The position numbers and the translations under genes were made by a program. A stretch of 63,017 nt of DNA, the filler included, from Reclinomonas americana ATCC 50394 (Eukaryota), in NCBI GenBank assembly GCA_048213135.1. It is 7 parts of 2 records of this genome, joined end to end, with 100 filler letters (N's around TTAATTAATTAA, not from the genome) between each part and the next. Parts side by side here need not be neighbours in the genome. Positions count along the whole stretch, not along the records: positions 35,643 to 39,272 come from PS015094.1; positions 39,373 to 52,007 come from PS015094.1; positions 52,108 to 55,742 come from PS015094.1; positions 55,843 to 59,525 come from PS015094.1; 3 more parts are not named here. One strand, given 5' to 3'. The notes beneath the pieces were generated by a model. That model saw only the letters and a list, made by a program, of their open reading frames with translations, did no database searches and was not told where the DNA came from. Below are positions 37,312 to 55,952 of the stretch, in pieces; the first letter of the stretch is position 1; each line of letters begins with the position of its first letter.

Positions 37312-37410
37312 GACACACACACTCACACACACAGATAGAGAGAGGTTCTGTGCATTTGAGAGAGAAAGAGGAATGAGTAAGTGAGTGACTGTTAGAGACA
37401 CACAGTAGTT

Positions 37411-37451
<41 letters not shown>

Positions 37452-37920
37452 TGTGTGCCTTGAGTGTGTGCTTTAGAGAGAGAAATGCACGCATTTTCAG
37501 ATTGAGTGTGTGTGTGTGTGAGAGAGAGAGAGAGGAAGTGTGTGTGAGAGAGAGCGAGAGAGGACGGTGTGTGTGCATCTTGCGAGTCACATGCGCGCAT
37601 AGTATGTGAGATTGATCAGTGAGAGAGAGAGAGAGAGAGCAGCGTGTGAGTGTGTGTATGTGTTACTCGTGCGCACACACTCTCAATGCACCATGCACAG
37701 AGAACACGTACTGTACCGAGTCTCTCTCTCTCTCTCTCTCTCACACTCTCTCCTCTTCTGCTTTCCGTGTTTTTTCTTTTTTGCAGTTCGCAGCCACACG
37801 TGTGGGTGCCTCGCAATGAGCCGGCGCACGAGTTCAACATCAAGTACTTTACTCGTGACACTCGTCGTGGGAAGAGCGACACGGTGGTGTTGACTCCGCA
37901 GGCGGCGCAGGATGCGGCAG
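37119..37920 (+). CDS. NDUFA7: Mitochondrial complex I subunit NDUFA7/B14.5a, first two exons (37119-37216, 37787-37920); 3' end not located
   Basis: MLRSIGEKLRKAIGG..SYRYPAPA-SQPHVWVPRNEPAHEFNIKYFTRDTRR resembles the B14.5a YRxPxP..IKYxxRDxRR signature of plants and protists. Confidence 0.72.
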
Positions 37921-38009
37921 GTGGGTGCAGTGGAGACTGAGAGCAATAGAGAGAGAGAGAGAGAGAGAGAGCAAGAGAGAACGGAGGGAAAATAAGAAAG
38001 AGAGAAAGT

Positions 38010-38830
38010 GAGAATGCACGTGTGTGCGCGTTTTGTCTCCGTCTCCTTCCGTGCTCTGTCCACTTCGATTCTTCTTGCTGCCCGCCCGCTCTCTCTCTTC
38101 ACTCCTTCCTTCTCTCTCCTTGTCTTTATCCCGCACTCCTCCACTCCGCGCGTACTCTATTCGTCGTCCTAGTGAGTAAGCACGTACGTGAGAGTTTTGT
38201 CTCCTCTCGTGTCGATGTGTTCTACTCCTGCTCTGTCCTTGCGCTTTCGCTCTGTGCTCATCGATTCTTCTTGCTGCCTGCCAGCTCTCTCTCACTCTTC
38301 ACTCCTTCCTTCTCTCTCGCTTTATTTCTCCCGCACTCCTCCACTCCGCGCGTACTCTATTCGTCGTCCTAGTGAGAAAGCACGTACGTGAGCGTTTTGT
38401 CTCCTCTCGTGTCGATGTGTTCTACTCCTTCTCTGTCCTTGCGCTTTCGCTCTCTGCACTCATCGATTCTTCTTGCTGCCTGCCAGCGCTCTCTCTCTCT
38501 CTTCCCTTCGTCTCGCTTGCTGTCTTTCTTCCGCACTCCTCCCCACTCTGCGCGTACTCTATTCGTCGTCCTAGTGAGTAAGCACGTACGTGAGAGTTTT
38601 GTCTCCTTTCGTGTCGATGTGTTCCACTCCTTCTCTGTCCGTGCGCTTTCGCTCTCTGTGCTCATCGATTCTTCTTGCTGCCTGCCAGCTCCCTCTCACT
38701 CTTCATCCTTCCGTCTCTCTCACCGTCTTTGTCCGCTCCCCTCCCCCACACATGCCTCTCTCTCTCACACTCACTCTCTCTTCATTCCTTTCATCTCACT
38801 GTCTCCTCCACGCGCGTACTCTCGTCATCG
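38010..38830. repeat. Intronic tandem repeat, ~200-bp unit, about 3.5 copies
   Basis: CCGCACTCCTCC..GCGCGTACTCTATTCGTCGTCCTAGTGAG..AGCACGTACGTGAG recurs at ~38131, ~38332 and ~38531. Confidence 0.9.
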
Positions 38831-39105
38831 TCCGCTGCCTCTCTCTCTCTTTCTCTCTCGCTGAGTCCATCGCTTCCAATGCCCAACACACTCCGCTCTC
38901 ATCCACGTGCGCACCCTTTCTCTCTTGCATTGCTTCCCCCGCTGAATTCCCTCGATCGCCCCAGCATCCATTCTCGCCTCTTTCTCGCGCGCCCCCTTTC
39001 CCTTTGTCACCCCTATTCTCTCGTTTCTTCGCCGATGCTCTCTCTGTCTTCTCTCATGATTCAATCACTTGTTACCTCTTTCTCCTCTTCGCCTGCATGT
39101 CCAAA

Positions 39106-39143
<38 letters not shown>

Positions 39144-39399
39144 TTTCGCCTTTCCTCGCTGAATTCCAATCCCGGTTTTTCTGCTCCCTCTCTGCCCGCC
39201 CTTCGTTTCTCTTTCTCTCTCTCTCTCTATTGTCCTCATTCCTCACCTCCCTTTTTCCTTCCCCTTTTCACGNNNNNNNNNNNNNNNNNNNNNNNNNNNN
39301 NNNNNNNNNNNNNNNNTTAATTAATTAANNNNNNNNNNNNNNNNNNNNNNNNNNNNNNNNNNNNNNNNNNNNAGAGAGAGAGAGAGACCTGAAGGAAGG

Positions 39400-40060
39400 A
39401 AAACACAGAGAGGCTTGAAGGGAATGAAACGATCTCTCGCTCTCCCTTCATGTCACTCTTTCTCTCCCTTCGAGCTTCTCTTTCATTCCCTTCAAGGCTC
39501 TCTTCTTCTAATGAAAAAGATAAACTCTCTCTTCTATCTCCCTTCAAGCCTCTCTCTCGCTCTCCCATCAAGCCTCTCTTCTTCTCTATCCCATTCCCAG
39601 CAGGTTCCTCTTCGGTTCCCACCCTTTATGCCTCTCGTCTTCTCTATCCGTTCAGCTCTCTGTCTGTCCCCTTCAGGTCACTCTCTCTCCCTTCAAGCCT
39701 CTCTCCTTCTCTATCCCTTCAGTCCTCTCTGTCTCTTCCTTCCTTCAGGTCTCTCTCTCTCTCCCTTCCGAGCCTCTCTTCTTTTCACTCCCTTCAGGTC
39801 TCTCTCTCTCCCCCCTCTACGTCTCTCTTCGTTTCATTCCCTTCAAGCCTCTCTGTCTCTTCCTTCCTTCAGGTCTCTCTCTCTCTCTCCCTTCGAGCCT
39901 TTCTTCTTTTCATTCCCTTCTGGTCTCTCTTCTTTCATTCCCAGCAGGTTTCTCTTCGATTCCCTCCCTTTATGCCTCTCGTCTTCTCTATCCCTTCAGG
40001 TGTCTCCTTTCTCTCCCTTCAAGCCTCACTTCTATTCATTCACTTCAGGTCTCTCTCTCT
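39400..40060. repeat. Degenerate CT-rich minisatellite
   Basis: Recurrent CCCTTCAAGCCTCTCT / CCTTCAGGTCTCTCT units. Confidence 0.75.
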
Positions 40061-40380
40061 CTCCCTCCCCCCCCTCCCCACCCCCCCCCCCTTAAACGAA
40101 GAGAAACTTGGTGGGAGGGAGAGAATGGCTTGAAGGAAGGCAGAGAGACAGGCTTTATGAAAGGATTGCGAGGGAGAGCGACACATATACCAAACTTTTG
40201 TTGACTCTGTCAGCCCTCCCTTCAAGTCATCGCTCGCACACACTGGACTCCAAATTCTTTTCTCGTGCCTCACTCTCTCATCCTCTTGACAAGGGCAACT
40301 TCGCCCAGTCACCTCACTCGCGTCTTACTTCACTCTCTTGCCCTCTCCCTCTCACCCCCTCTCCCTTCGCGTGCACAAAC

Positions 40381-46924
<6,544 letters not shown>

Positions 46925-47316
46925 ACTATGCGCGCGTGATGAGGGAAGATTAGAGTGAGTTGCGTGGGCGTGTCCTGTGACGTTGATTGGTTTTATAAGC
47001 AGTTGCAGCTTGCTCACGTACAAACGTGTGGTGTTGCTCGCTTGCACAGGATCCTGTGAGCACGCGCGCCACACACTGCAATTTCATGTTGTGCAGCGCG
47101 CGACGTTATTTACTTGTGCACAATGCATGCAGAGATTCGATGTGCAAGCTGACCGCCTGGCTGTTGTCGGGTTTCCCCACATCAGTGTAAGCACCCCGAC
47201 TTGCACCGAACACTTTCCAAGTCGCCTCTTCGAATTCAAACACGACACTGTCAGAGATTTGTCATGTTTTTTTTTTGTCCCCACTCACTTGCATTTTCCG
47301 TATCCTTGCTGCGCTC

Positions 47317-47420
47317 ATGTCATCCGCTGCCTCCGGTTCCTCTTCCTCTTCGTCTGCTGCTGTGCCGCCGACCATTCACGGATATGGTGTTCCGGCATAC
47401 AAGTTGAGAGAGAGAGGGAT

Positions 47421-47461
<41 letters not shown>

Positions 47462-48286
47462 GTGAGTAGTTGTTCGTGACGAGTACGTCGTACTACGTAC
47501 GTAGAACGAAACACGAGACGCGACTAACGTAGGACGCCGAGTAGGAGGTAGGAACNNNNNNNNNNNNNNNNNNNNNNNNNNNNNNNNNNNNNNNNNNNNN
47601 NNNNNNNNNNNNNNNNNNNNNNNNNNNNNNNNNNNNNNNNNNNNNNNNNNNNNNNNNNNNNNNNNNNNNNNNNNNNNNNNNNNNNNNNNNNNNNNNNNNN
47701 NNNNNNNNNNNNNNNNNNNNNNNNNNNNNNNNNNNNNNNNNNNNNNNNNNNNNNNNNNNNNNNNNNNNNNNNNNNNNNNNNNNNNNNNNNNNNNNNNNNN
47801 NNNNNNNNNNNNNNNNNNNNNNNNNNNNNNNNNNNNNNNNNNNNNNNNNNNNNNNNNNNNNNNNNNNNNNNNNNNNNNNNNNNNNNNNNNNNNNNNNNNN
47901 NNNNNNNNNNNNNNNNNNNNNNNNNNNNNNNNNNNNNNNNNNNNNNNNNNNNNNNNNNNNNNNNNNNNNNNNNNNNNNNNNNNNNNNNNNNNNNNNNNNN
48001 NNNNNNNNNNNNNNNNNNNNNNNNNNNNNNNNNNNNNNNNNNNNNNNNNNNNNNNNNNNNNNNNNNNNNNNNNNNNNNNNNNNNNNNNNNNNNNNNNNNN
48101 NNNNNNNNNNNNNNNNNNNNNNNNNNNNNNNNNNNNNNNNNNNNNNNNNNNNNNNNNNNNNNNNNNNNNNNNNNNNNNNNNNNNNNNNNNNNNNNCGTCC
48201 GTCGTCGTCGTCGTCGTCGTACGTACGTACGTACGTACGTACGTACGTACGTACGTACGTACGTACGTAGTACGTAGAGTAGAGAG

Positions 48287-48352
<66 letters not shown>

Positions 48353-48471
48353 GTGAGTGAGTGTTCTGCAGACTGACTCACGTGAGAAACACAGAGCGCA
48401 ACTGGAGCCCATGGAGTGGAAGACTCCTGATCTCGGTCAGTCATGGGTGTTCTCTCTGCATTCTGTGTGTT

Positions 48472-48508
<37 letters not shown>

Positions 48509-49911
48509 TTGCATGTGTGTGTGCATGCGTGTGTTGCATGTGTGTGTGTGTGTGTGTTGAGAGGGAGTGAGAGATGCTGACAGATTCGATTCTTGCATAC
48601 AGGTCCGGGAGACATTTTCGTGAAGGTTCTTGTTTTCTTTGTTTTTCCTTGTGTTTTTCTTGCATTCTCTCGCTGATGTTGTGGTTTCGTGTGTTAGATC
48701 ACTGCGTGTGGCATCTGCTACACTGACTGCCATGTGATGGACGGTGACTGGGGAGGTGCGTGTTCTGATATCGAAATAGTTTCCGGAAATGCAGAGCAGG
48801 GGCAAAGGGAGCATGACAGGAGGGAGAGTGGTGGAGAGAAGAGGAGGAGGGAGGGAAGGGTAGTTGGGGGAAGGCGAGAGTAGCTGAAATGCAAGAAGAC
48901 GCAGATGCAAGAGGTGGAATACTGCATTGCCTCATTCCTTTTTCTTCCCTGTGCACTCTCAATCCCTCTCCTCTTTCCTTCCTCCATCGCTCTCCCTCCC
49001 CCTTCTTCCTTCCCTTCCGGATTGCACAGGAGGGGCAAAGGGAGCATGACAGGAGGGAGAGTGGTGGAGAGAGGAAGAGAAGGGAGGGAAGGGTAGTTTG
49101 GGGGAAGGCGAGAGTAGCTGAACTGCAAGAAGATGCAGATGCAAGAGATGGAATGCTGCATTTGCTCGGCCTTCATCCTCATTCACTTTTCTTCCCTGTG
49201 CACTCTCAATCCCTCTCCTCTTTCCCTTCCCCACCCCCCTCACCCTTCCCCCTTTTTTGCAGACGTCTCCAAGATGCCCCTCGTCCCCGGCCACGAGATC
49301 GTGGGCCGCGTGGTGGCCTTTGGCGCCGACGTCAAGGGCTTCCATGAGGGCGAGCGCGTCGCCATCGGCTCGCTGTGCGGCGCCTGCATGTCGTTGCGTT
49401 CACCCCCGTTCCACCCTCCTTCTCCGACTCCCTCTCATTGCCTCCCTGATGTGCAGGTGCGAATGCTGCTCGCGTGGCGAGGTCAACATGTGCCGCTACC
49501 AGCGTTACACGTACAACTGTCCCACGCATGGAGGTGCGTGAGTGAATGCGAGGGGTGCATTATTTTGTTCGACGCTCACTTTCTNNNNNNNNNNNNNNNN
49601 NNNNNNNNNNNNNNNNNNNNNNNNNNNNNNNNNNNNNNNNNNNNNNNNNNNNNNNNNNNNNNNNNNNNNNNNNNNNNNNNNNNNNNNNNNNNNNNNNNNN
49701 NNNNNNNNNNNNNNNNNNNNNNNNNNNNNNNNNNNNNNNNNNNNNNNNNNNNNNNNNNNNNNNNNNNNNNNNNNNNNNNNNNNNNNNNNGGAGGAGAGAG
49801 AGAGAGAGAGAGAGAGAGTGAAAGTGGCACCTGATACACAGTGTGTGTGTGTGTGTGTGTGTGCGCGTGTGTGTGTGTGTGAGAAGAGAGAAAGTAGCAC
49901 CTGATACAGTC

Positions 49912-49965
<54 letters not shown>

Positions 49966-51819
49966 AGAGAGAAGTGGCACCTGATACAGTCTTGGTGACG
50001 ATTTAGGTGACAACTCTGTGTAGGTGCATGTGTAAGAGAGAGGGAGAGAGAGTGAAAGTGGCACTTGATACAGTCTTGGTTGTGTGTGTACATGAGTGAG
50101 TGAGTGAGTGAGAGAGAGAGAGAGAGGGGAAGAGAGTGTGAAAGTGGCACCTGATACAGTCTTGGTAATTACTTAGGTGACAGTTCTGCGTATGTGCATG
50201 TGTTAGAGAGACGGAGAGAGAGAAAGTAGAACCTGATGCAGTTTAGGAGGCGATTTAGGTGACAACTCTGTGTGTGTGCATGTGTGAGAGAGAGGGAGAG
50301 AAAGAGTGAAAGTGACACACGATGCAGTCTTGCATGTGTGAGAGAGAGGAAGAGAGAGCGAAAGTGGCACCTGATACAGTCTTGGTTGTGTGTGTACATG
50401 AGTGTGTATGTGTGAGAGATAGAAAGTGGCACCTGATGCAGTCTTGGCGACGATTTGGGTGACAACTCTGTGTGTGTGTGTGCATGCGTGAGAGAGAGAG
50501 AGAGTGAAAGTGACACATGATGCAGTCTTGCGTGTGTACATGAGTGTGTATGTGCCTGATGCAGTCTTGGTGATGACTTAGGTGACGGTTCTGTGCATCT
50601 GCATGTGAGAGAGAGAGAGAGAGGAAGAGAGTGTGAAAGTGACATATGATGCAGTTTAGGAAGCGATTTAGGTGACAACTCTGTGTGTGTACATGAGTGC
50701 GTGCGTGCGGCCACGAGTGTTCTTACCTCCCGTGCAATACAGATGCTGTGCGGTGGCATCACCGTGTACGGTGAGTTTTTTGTGCACCCCTGCCCCGCCG
50801 TGCACCCCTTCATTCAATTCCACTCCTGTCTCACAGCTCCTCTGGACCACCACAATGTGCGCCCGCATCACCACGTCGGCATTATCGGTGTCGGCGGCCT
50901 TGGTCACCTGGTTCGTGGCATTCCTTAAAGTCCCTCTGCGGGACTCCCGCTGATCATACTCGCTTGTGCAGGCCATTCAGTTCGCCAGCAAGTTCGGCTG
51001 CCACGTGACAGCCATCTCGACCTCGGCCAACAAGCGGTTCGTCTCTTGCCCGGTGCCATTCGCCAGCAGCGTTCGCTCACCTACTCTTGTAATGCAGTGA
51101 GGAGTGCGAGCAGCTCGGCGCCACCGGCTTTATCAACATGAAGAACGTGGACGAGCTGAAGGCTGCTGCATTCACTTTTGGTGCGCACGCGATGAATTCT
51201 CATACCCCCCTGTGTATACGCCTCACTTCCACGCACGCTAGACTTTATCCTGGCCACCGCGCACGCGGACTGCGACTGGGATGTGAGTGCACTCGTATTT
51301 CGCTCTTGACCACTGCCAGTATCGCTCACATGTTCTCTCGATTACCAGCTCATTCTGAGCATGCTGAAGCCCGACGGTTTGCAACCTCTGACATTCGCTC
51401 TCATCCTCTTCTCACTCTTCTCGCTTCTGCAGGCAAGCTGTGCCTGGTCGGCATTCCGCCATCGGCTATCTCTTTCAAGGCCTTCTCGTTGATTCCGTAC
51501 CGCCGCTCGATTGTCAGCAACCCGGCCGGCAGCGTGCAGCAGACGATCGACATGATGCATTTTGCCGCGCGCCACGGGATTCGCACGTGGACTGAGACCT
51601 TCCCGCACCAGGAGATCAACGCGGCGGTGGCCAAGCTGAAGCGGTGCGTGTGTGCAAATGAGAGATGTACGTGTGTACAGAATGTGCGTGTACGTATGTG
51701 TGGGAGGAGTGCGTGTGTGTACAAAATGTGCCGGTGTGTGAGCCTGTGCGTGTGTGCGTGTGTGTGGGAACTCGAGGGGTGCGCGTGTGTACAAATGAGA
51801 AATGTGCGTGTACGTATGC

Positions 51820-51858
<39 letters not shown>

Positions 51859-51970
51859 CGTGCAGTATGAGAATGTGTGTAGAACGCGAGAGATTGCTCA
51901 TGCATTGAATACGTATTGCAGTGGCGAGGTCCGCTACCGCGCGGTGGTGCTCTTCAACCAGGACGAGTAA
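47317..51970 (+). CDS. Zn-dependent NADP alcohol dehydrogenase (CAD/Ahr-like), many exons
   Basis: ACGICYTD, PLVPGHEIVG, structural Zn motif CMSCECC-x7-C, MLCGGITVY, GIIGVGGLGHLAIQFA, GKLCLVG, GEVRYRAVV. Confidence 0.92.
48795..49230. repeat. ~235-bp direct duplication inside an ADH intron
   Basis: GGGGCAAAGGGAGCATGACAGGAGGGAGAGTGGTGGAGAGA at ~48798 and ~49032, each followed by a matching downstream block. Confidence 0.85.
49790..50700. repeat. Degenerate minisatellite interleaved with (GT)n/(GA)n in an ADH intron
   Basis: Many copies of AAAGTGGCACCTGATACAGTCTTGG and GATTTAGGTGACAACTCTGTG. Confidence 0.85.
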
Positions 51971-52112
51971 CAAGTCTATCGAGGTGGCGCATTCACCAGG
52001 AGACATGNNNNNNNNNNNNNNNNNNNNNNNNNNNNNNNNNNNNNNNNNNNNTTAATTAATTAANNNNNNNNNNNNNNNNNNNNNNNNNNNNNNNNNNNNN
52101 NNNNNNNTGCAG

Positions 52113-53396
52113 GCGGTGGATTCGTATGCGTTTGGCATGATGTTGTGGGAGTGCCTGGCGGAGCAGATCCCGTTTCAAGACCAGAGTGCGACGCAGGTTC
52201 GTAAAGGTCGTGTGTCTTCATTTCGGGGAGCGATTCGTCATTGCGCATCGTGCTGCAGATCGCGATTGGAGTGCTGCGTGGCGACCGGCCGCCGATGCAG
52301 CCGACGTGGCCAAAGGAGCTGGTCAAGCTGATTGAGGACTGCTGGCAGAATGATCCGACTGAGCGACCTGCGTTTGGTGTGCGCACACTCTTCTCCTCAC
52401 CACCCCCCTCCATTCCGTGGCTGACTCTTTGTGTATCGTGGCAGATGAAATCTGCCGTCGTCTCGAGGCCTACAAGGAGGGTCGGCCGTATGAGCCTGCA
52501 CCTGCCGCGCAGCGTGCGTCCTCGCACGCCGCATCGTCGTCGTCGACCACTACGGCTCCCACTGTCGCTGGGGTGGGCGCTGCACTGGCGACGGCTGCCG
52601 GTGCGGCGGCCTCTGCTGTGGCCCAACCGGTGCTGAATGCACTTCAGCCGCCTCCGCCAGCGCCAGTGAATGTGGTTGTGCAGTCGTACCCGTACGCCGG
52701 TGCCCCAGCCGCAGCCGCTGGTGGCATTGTTCCTCCGCCTGTCGACATGAACGCAGTGATGCGCAATGTGGAGCAGGCGCTGCGCATTCAAGAACAGCTC
52801 AAGCTCGGCCAGTACAACGCCTATCCCGCGGGCGCACCCGTGCAGCAAGCGGCACCGGCTGTCACCTACGTGCAGACGCCCACGGGATGGGGTGCGTCAG
52901 CCTATCAAGCACAGCGTAGCCATCATGTTTTCCTGTGCTCATGTAGTGGTTGTATCGCACAGTGCCCTCCAACAGCGACGCTGGAGCTGCGGCCTACGGT
53001 GCCTCGATGCCCCCACCACGGCCGTCATCTGCCGCCCCTCAGCAACAACACTACTACGGCTACCCGCAGTACCCAGCACCGCCAGCGTACGCAGCTGCAC
53101 CACCAGCGTACTCTCAGGCCCCACCAGGCTATCAGCAGTCGTACTACCCGCCGCCAGTGTACGGGTACCCGCCGCAGGCACAAGTCGGTTACGGCGCACC
53201 ATACGGGTACCAGATGCCAGCAGCTGCACCGCCTGTCGCCTCCCCACCGCCTGCAGCGGCCCCTGCTCCTGTCGCTGCCCCCGCCGCTGCTGCACTGGCT
53301 CCCTCACAATCAATGTCGCCTCCCGCCACACCCGAAGCCTCTGCTGCCGCTCCGTCCGCCGCGAGTCCGTACGCTGGTATGACTCGACGGCGCTGA
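52113..53396 (+). CDS. TKL-family kinase C-lobe plus Pro/Tyr/Ala-rich tail; 5' part missing at a linker
   Basis: VDSYAFGMMLWECLAEQIPF..RPPMQPTWPKELVKLIEDCWQNDPTERPAF-DEICRRLE. Confidence 0.8.
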
Positions 53397-53527
53397 GGCA
53401 TGCGTTGCTCGTTTCCCCCACCGATTGTTCTTATTTGATGAGATTAAAGAAAAAACAAATACCCTGACAGGCGAGTCCGCGACACCCTTCACTGCTGCTG
53501 GCACTCCATGATATTTGACACACCCAT

Positions 53528-55742
53528 CACTCATGACCACTGATGCGCGTGCGCAATTCCTCGGCCTTCAGATGCTCCCTCGTCTGGTGCTCCATCTCGT
53601 CCTGCTCCCGCCGCTGCAATTCTCACGTCAGCAACGAGCTGTGAAGTGGTGGGAGCGCAAGCACAAACGTACCAATCGATCGTCGAGTGCAGCACACTGC
53701 TCGGCCGAGTGACGGCCTTGTCGGCGGATTGCTTGTGTCATGCGTGTCATGATCTCGGCGCACTGCTGCTCGGTGACCTCGGTGCGCCGCGTCAAGACGT
53801 GATTCAAGGTCTTGGTGTAGCGGCGCGTCACGTCCACTGCCTCGTCCTCTGCATGCCGACAACAAAATGACAACTCGGTGGCATCACATGCGGGAAGGAC
53901 ACGGAGTGCATCGCAACTGGAGAACGCCAGCACATACGTCAACTTCTTTCCCCAGCCGCATTCGTATCTACATGCACCATCGCTCTGTGAGTCACCAACA
54001 AAGAGGAGGAGGCGATTGGTGAAGCCAACGAAACGTGTACGGGGCGTCAAAAATATTCTCACAAGGATCCGTGTGGATCCACCGGCCGTAGCCCTCAGAG
54101 TACACCTCTGTCCACACGTGATCTGCAATGTGCGCAGCAAGGGGAATGATCAAGATGGACAACAACGTGACTCCCCAAGCACAACAACTTGCCAGTGAAA
54201 TCGAGAACAAATCTGCGACCACACAGATGAGTGAGAGAAGCGACAGCTCGCACAACAGGAGAGAACTGCGCGCAACACACCGAGCCTCGATATTCATGGC
54301 GCGGCAGCAGAGAGTGAATGCCTACATAGAGTCAATCAGGCTGAGACAAGAGAGATGGGGCTTCCACTTATCAAAGCGCACCTGCGCCCACTCGCCACAC
54401 CGCCCACGACGAGTCTCGATCAGCTTTCCGGCGTGATTGTAGCGCGGAAACCTCGTGATTGCTGAGTGCACCCGTGAGCACCACTTACACACAACCGTTG
54501 TACAGGACTGTCTGCACTCACCGTGACACACATTGCATTGATACACCTGCAGCACGCCATCGACAGCGTAAGCAGAGATCTCACTGAGAGTTGAACGCCT
54601 CTACTACCCGTACGCACCTCCACATTACCGGCACCATATCGTGCCTCTTCCGGGAGTGGCGCGGCACCACCCAGTAGCTTGGTTCCGGCCTGCGAAGCGA
54701 AGCGACACTAGATGAACAACACACACACCGAGCGGACAGAGAGCAGACAACAGGATGGACACACGTTGCATGTGGAGCATGGCGGCTGGTTCACCCACGA
54801 AAAGAACTCGTGCTTGAACCAGCGAAGAAGTTCGCAGATCTGCACGTGACGAGCGGAAGTGGGCAATCGAAGCAGAAAAAACAATGCCACACAACGCAGC
54901 AGCACGCGTACGCAACGAAATAGTCGTGCTCCGACGGGTGACCGGTTCCCTCGGCACGCTCCTGGAAACGCTGCGCAGCCTTGCGCCGCAGTTCCTCTTC
55001 GGGGATCGCAGCACGTGCCGCAGCCTGCATCGCCGGATCCTCGTACGATCCGACCTGCGCAGCGTACGTCTGGCATCGCCGCACAAACTGCGCCGTCTGC
55101 GGCGTCATGTGCGCAAACTGCTGAGCCATCGCTCGTGCACGCTACAGCAGTACTACATGAGTTTAATCAACAACAGTATCACCACGGATCACGCAACGAG
55201 CTCGGCCTCAATGTCATCGACGCTGTTCTCGAACAGAAAGTTCGAGGCCATCTCGGCATCGCCATTGGCGGCCTCCAGTGCGAACCGCAGAACCTACCCT
55301 CCGCCACCAAGTGAGAAGGAGTGTGCGAAAGCTTCAGCGACAAGCGACAGTAGCTCACCGGCTCACTGTACATCGGGAACACACTGCGCAGCATCTCCAT
55401 TTGCGGTGTTGCTGCTGCTGCTGCTGCTGCTGGCGACTGCACAGGAGGTGCTTGCGATGCTGGCATTGAGGGTGGAGGTGGCGGAGGAACAGCACACGAT
55501 GCGCTGACTGGTGCCACAGCCGGTGCAGCCACCTTTTCAACGCCAGTGAGCACAACAACAACAACAATGAAGGGAGAAAGGGCATCACAAGAAAACTACC
55601 TCCTGTTCCTCCTCCTCCTCATCGCCACCCGACTCAATGATGGGCTCGGCCGGTCGCCGCGGCAACAGAATCACATGAAAAGGCACGTTGTCGTGCACCA
55701 AAGGCGCAAGTGCGCGGAAATCAGCCTCGCGCTGCGTGTTTG
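53528..55742 (-). CDS. NGLY1: Cytosolic peptide:N-glycanase with N-terminal CUE-like domain; ends approximate
   Basis: [87 protein letters not shown]; catalytic Cys, His and Asp present. Confidence 0.92.
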
Positions 55743-55952
55743 NNNNNNNNNNNNNNNNNNNNNNNNNNNNNNNNNNNNNNNNNNNNTTAATTAATTAANN
55801 NNNNNNNNNNNNNNNNNNNNNNNNNNNNNNNNNNNNNNNNNNTTGAATGGCGGAGCAGAGGAGGACATCCGTCGACGCTTTGTCGTCGACGACGTTCCTC
55901 CGCTACGAGGCACGGTGCACGGTTCATAAAAGGGCACATTAAAGTTCTTCAT

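Noticed and set aside
47300-47307. GTATCCTT as a U12-type donor
   Set aside because: It lies just upstream of the ADH start codon with no matching exon or U12 branch site. No U12 introns were evident.
49790-50700. Repeat-spacer pattern resembling a CRISPR array
   Set aside because: Units are degenerate, the 'spacers' are microsatellites, it lies in a eukaryotic intron, and no cas genes are present.
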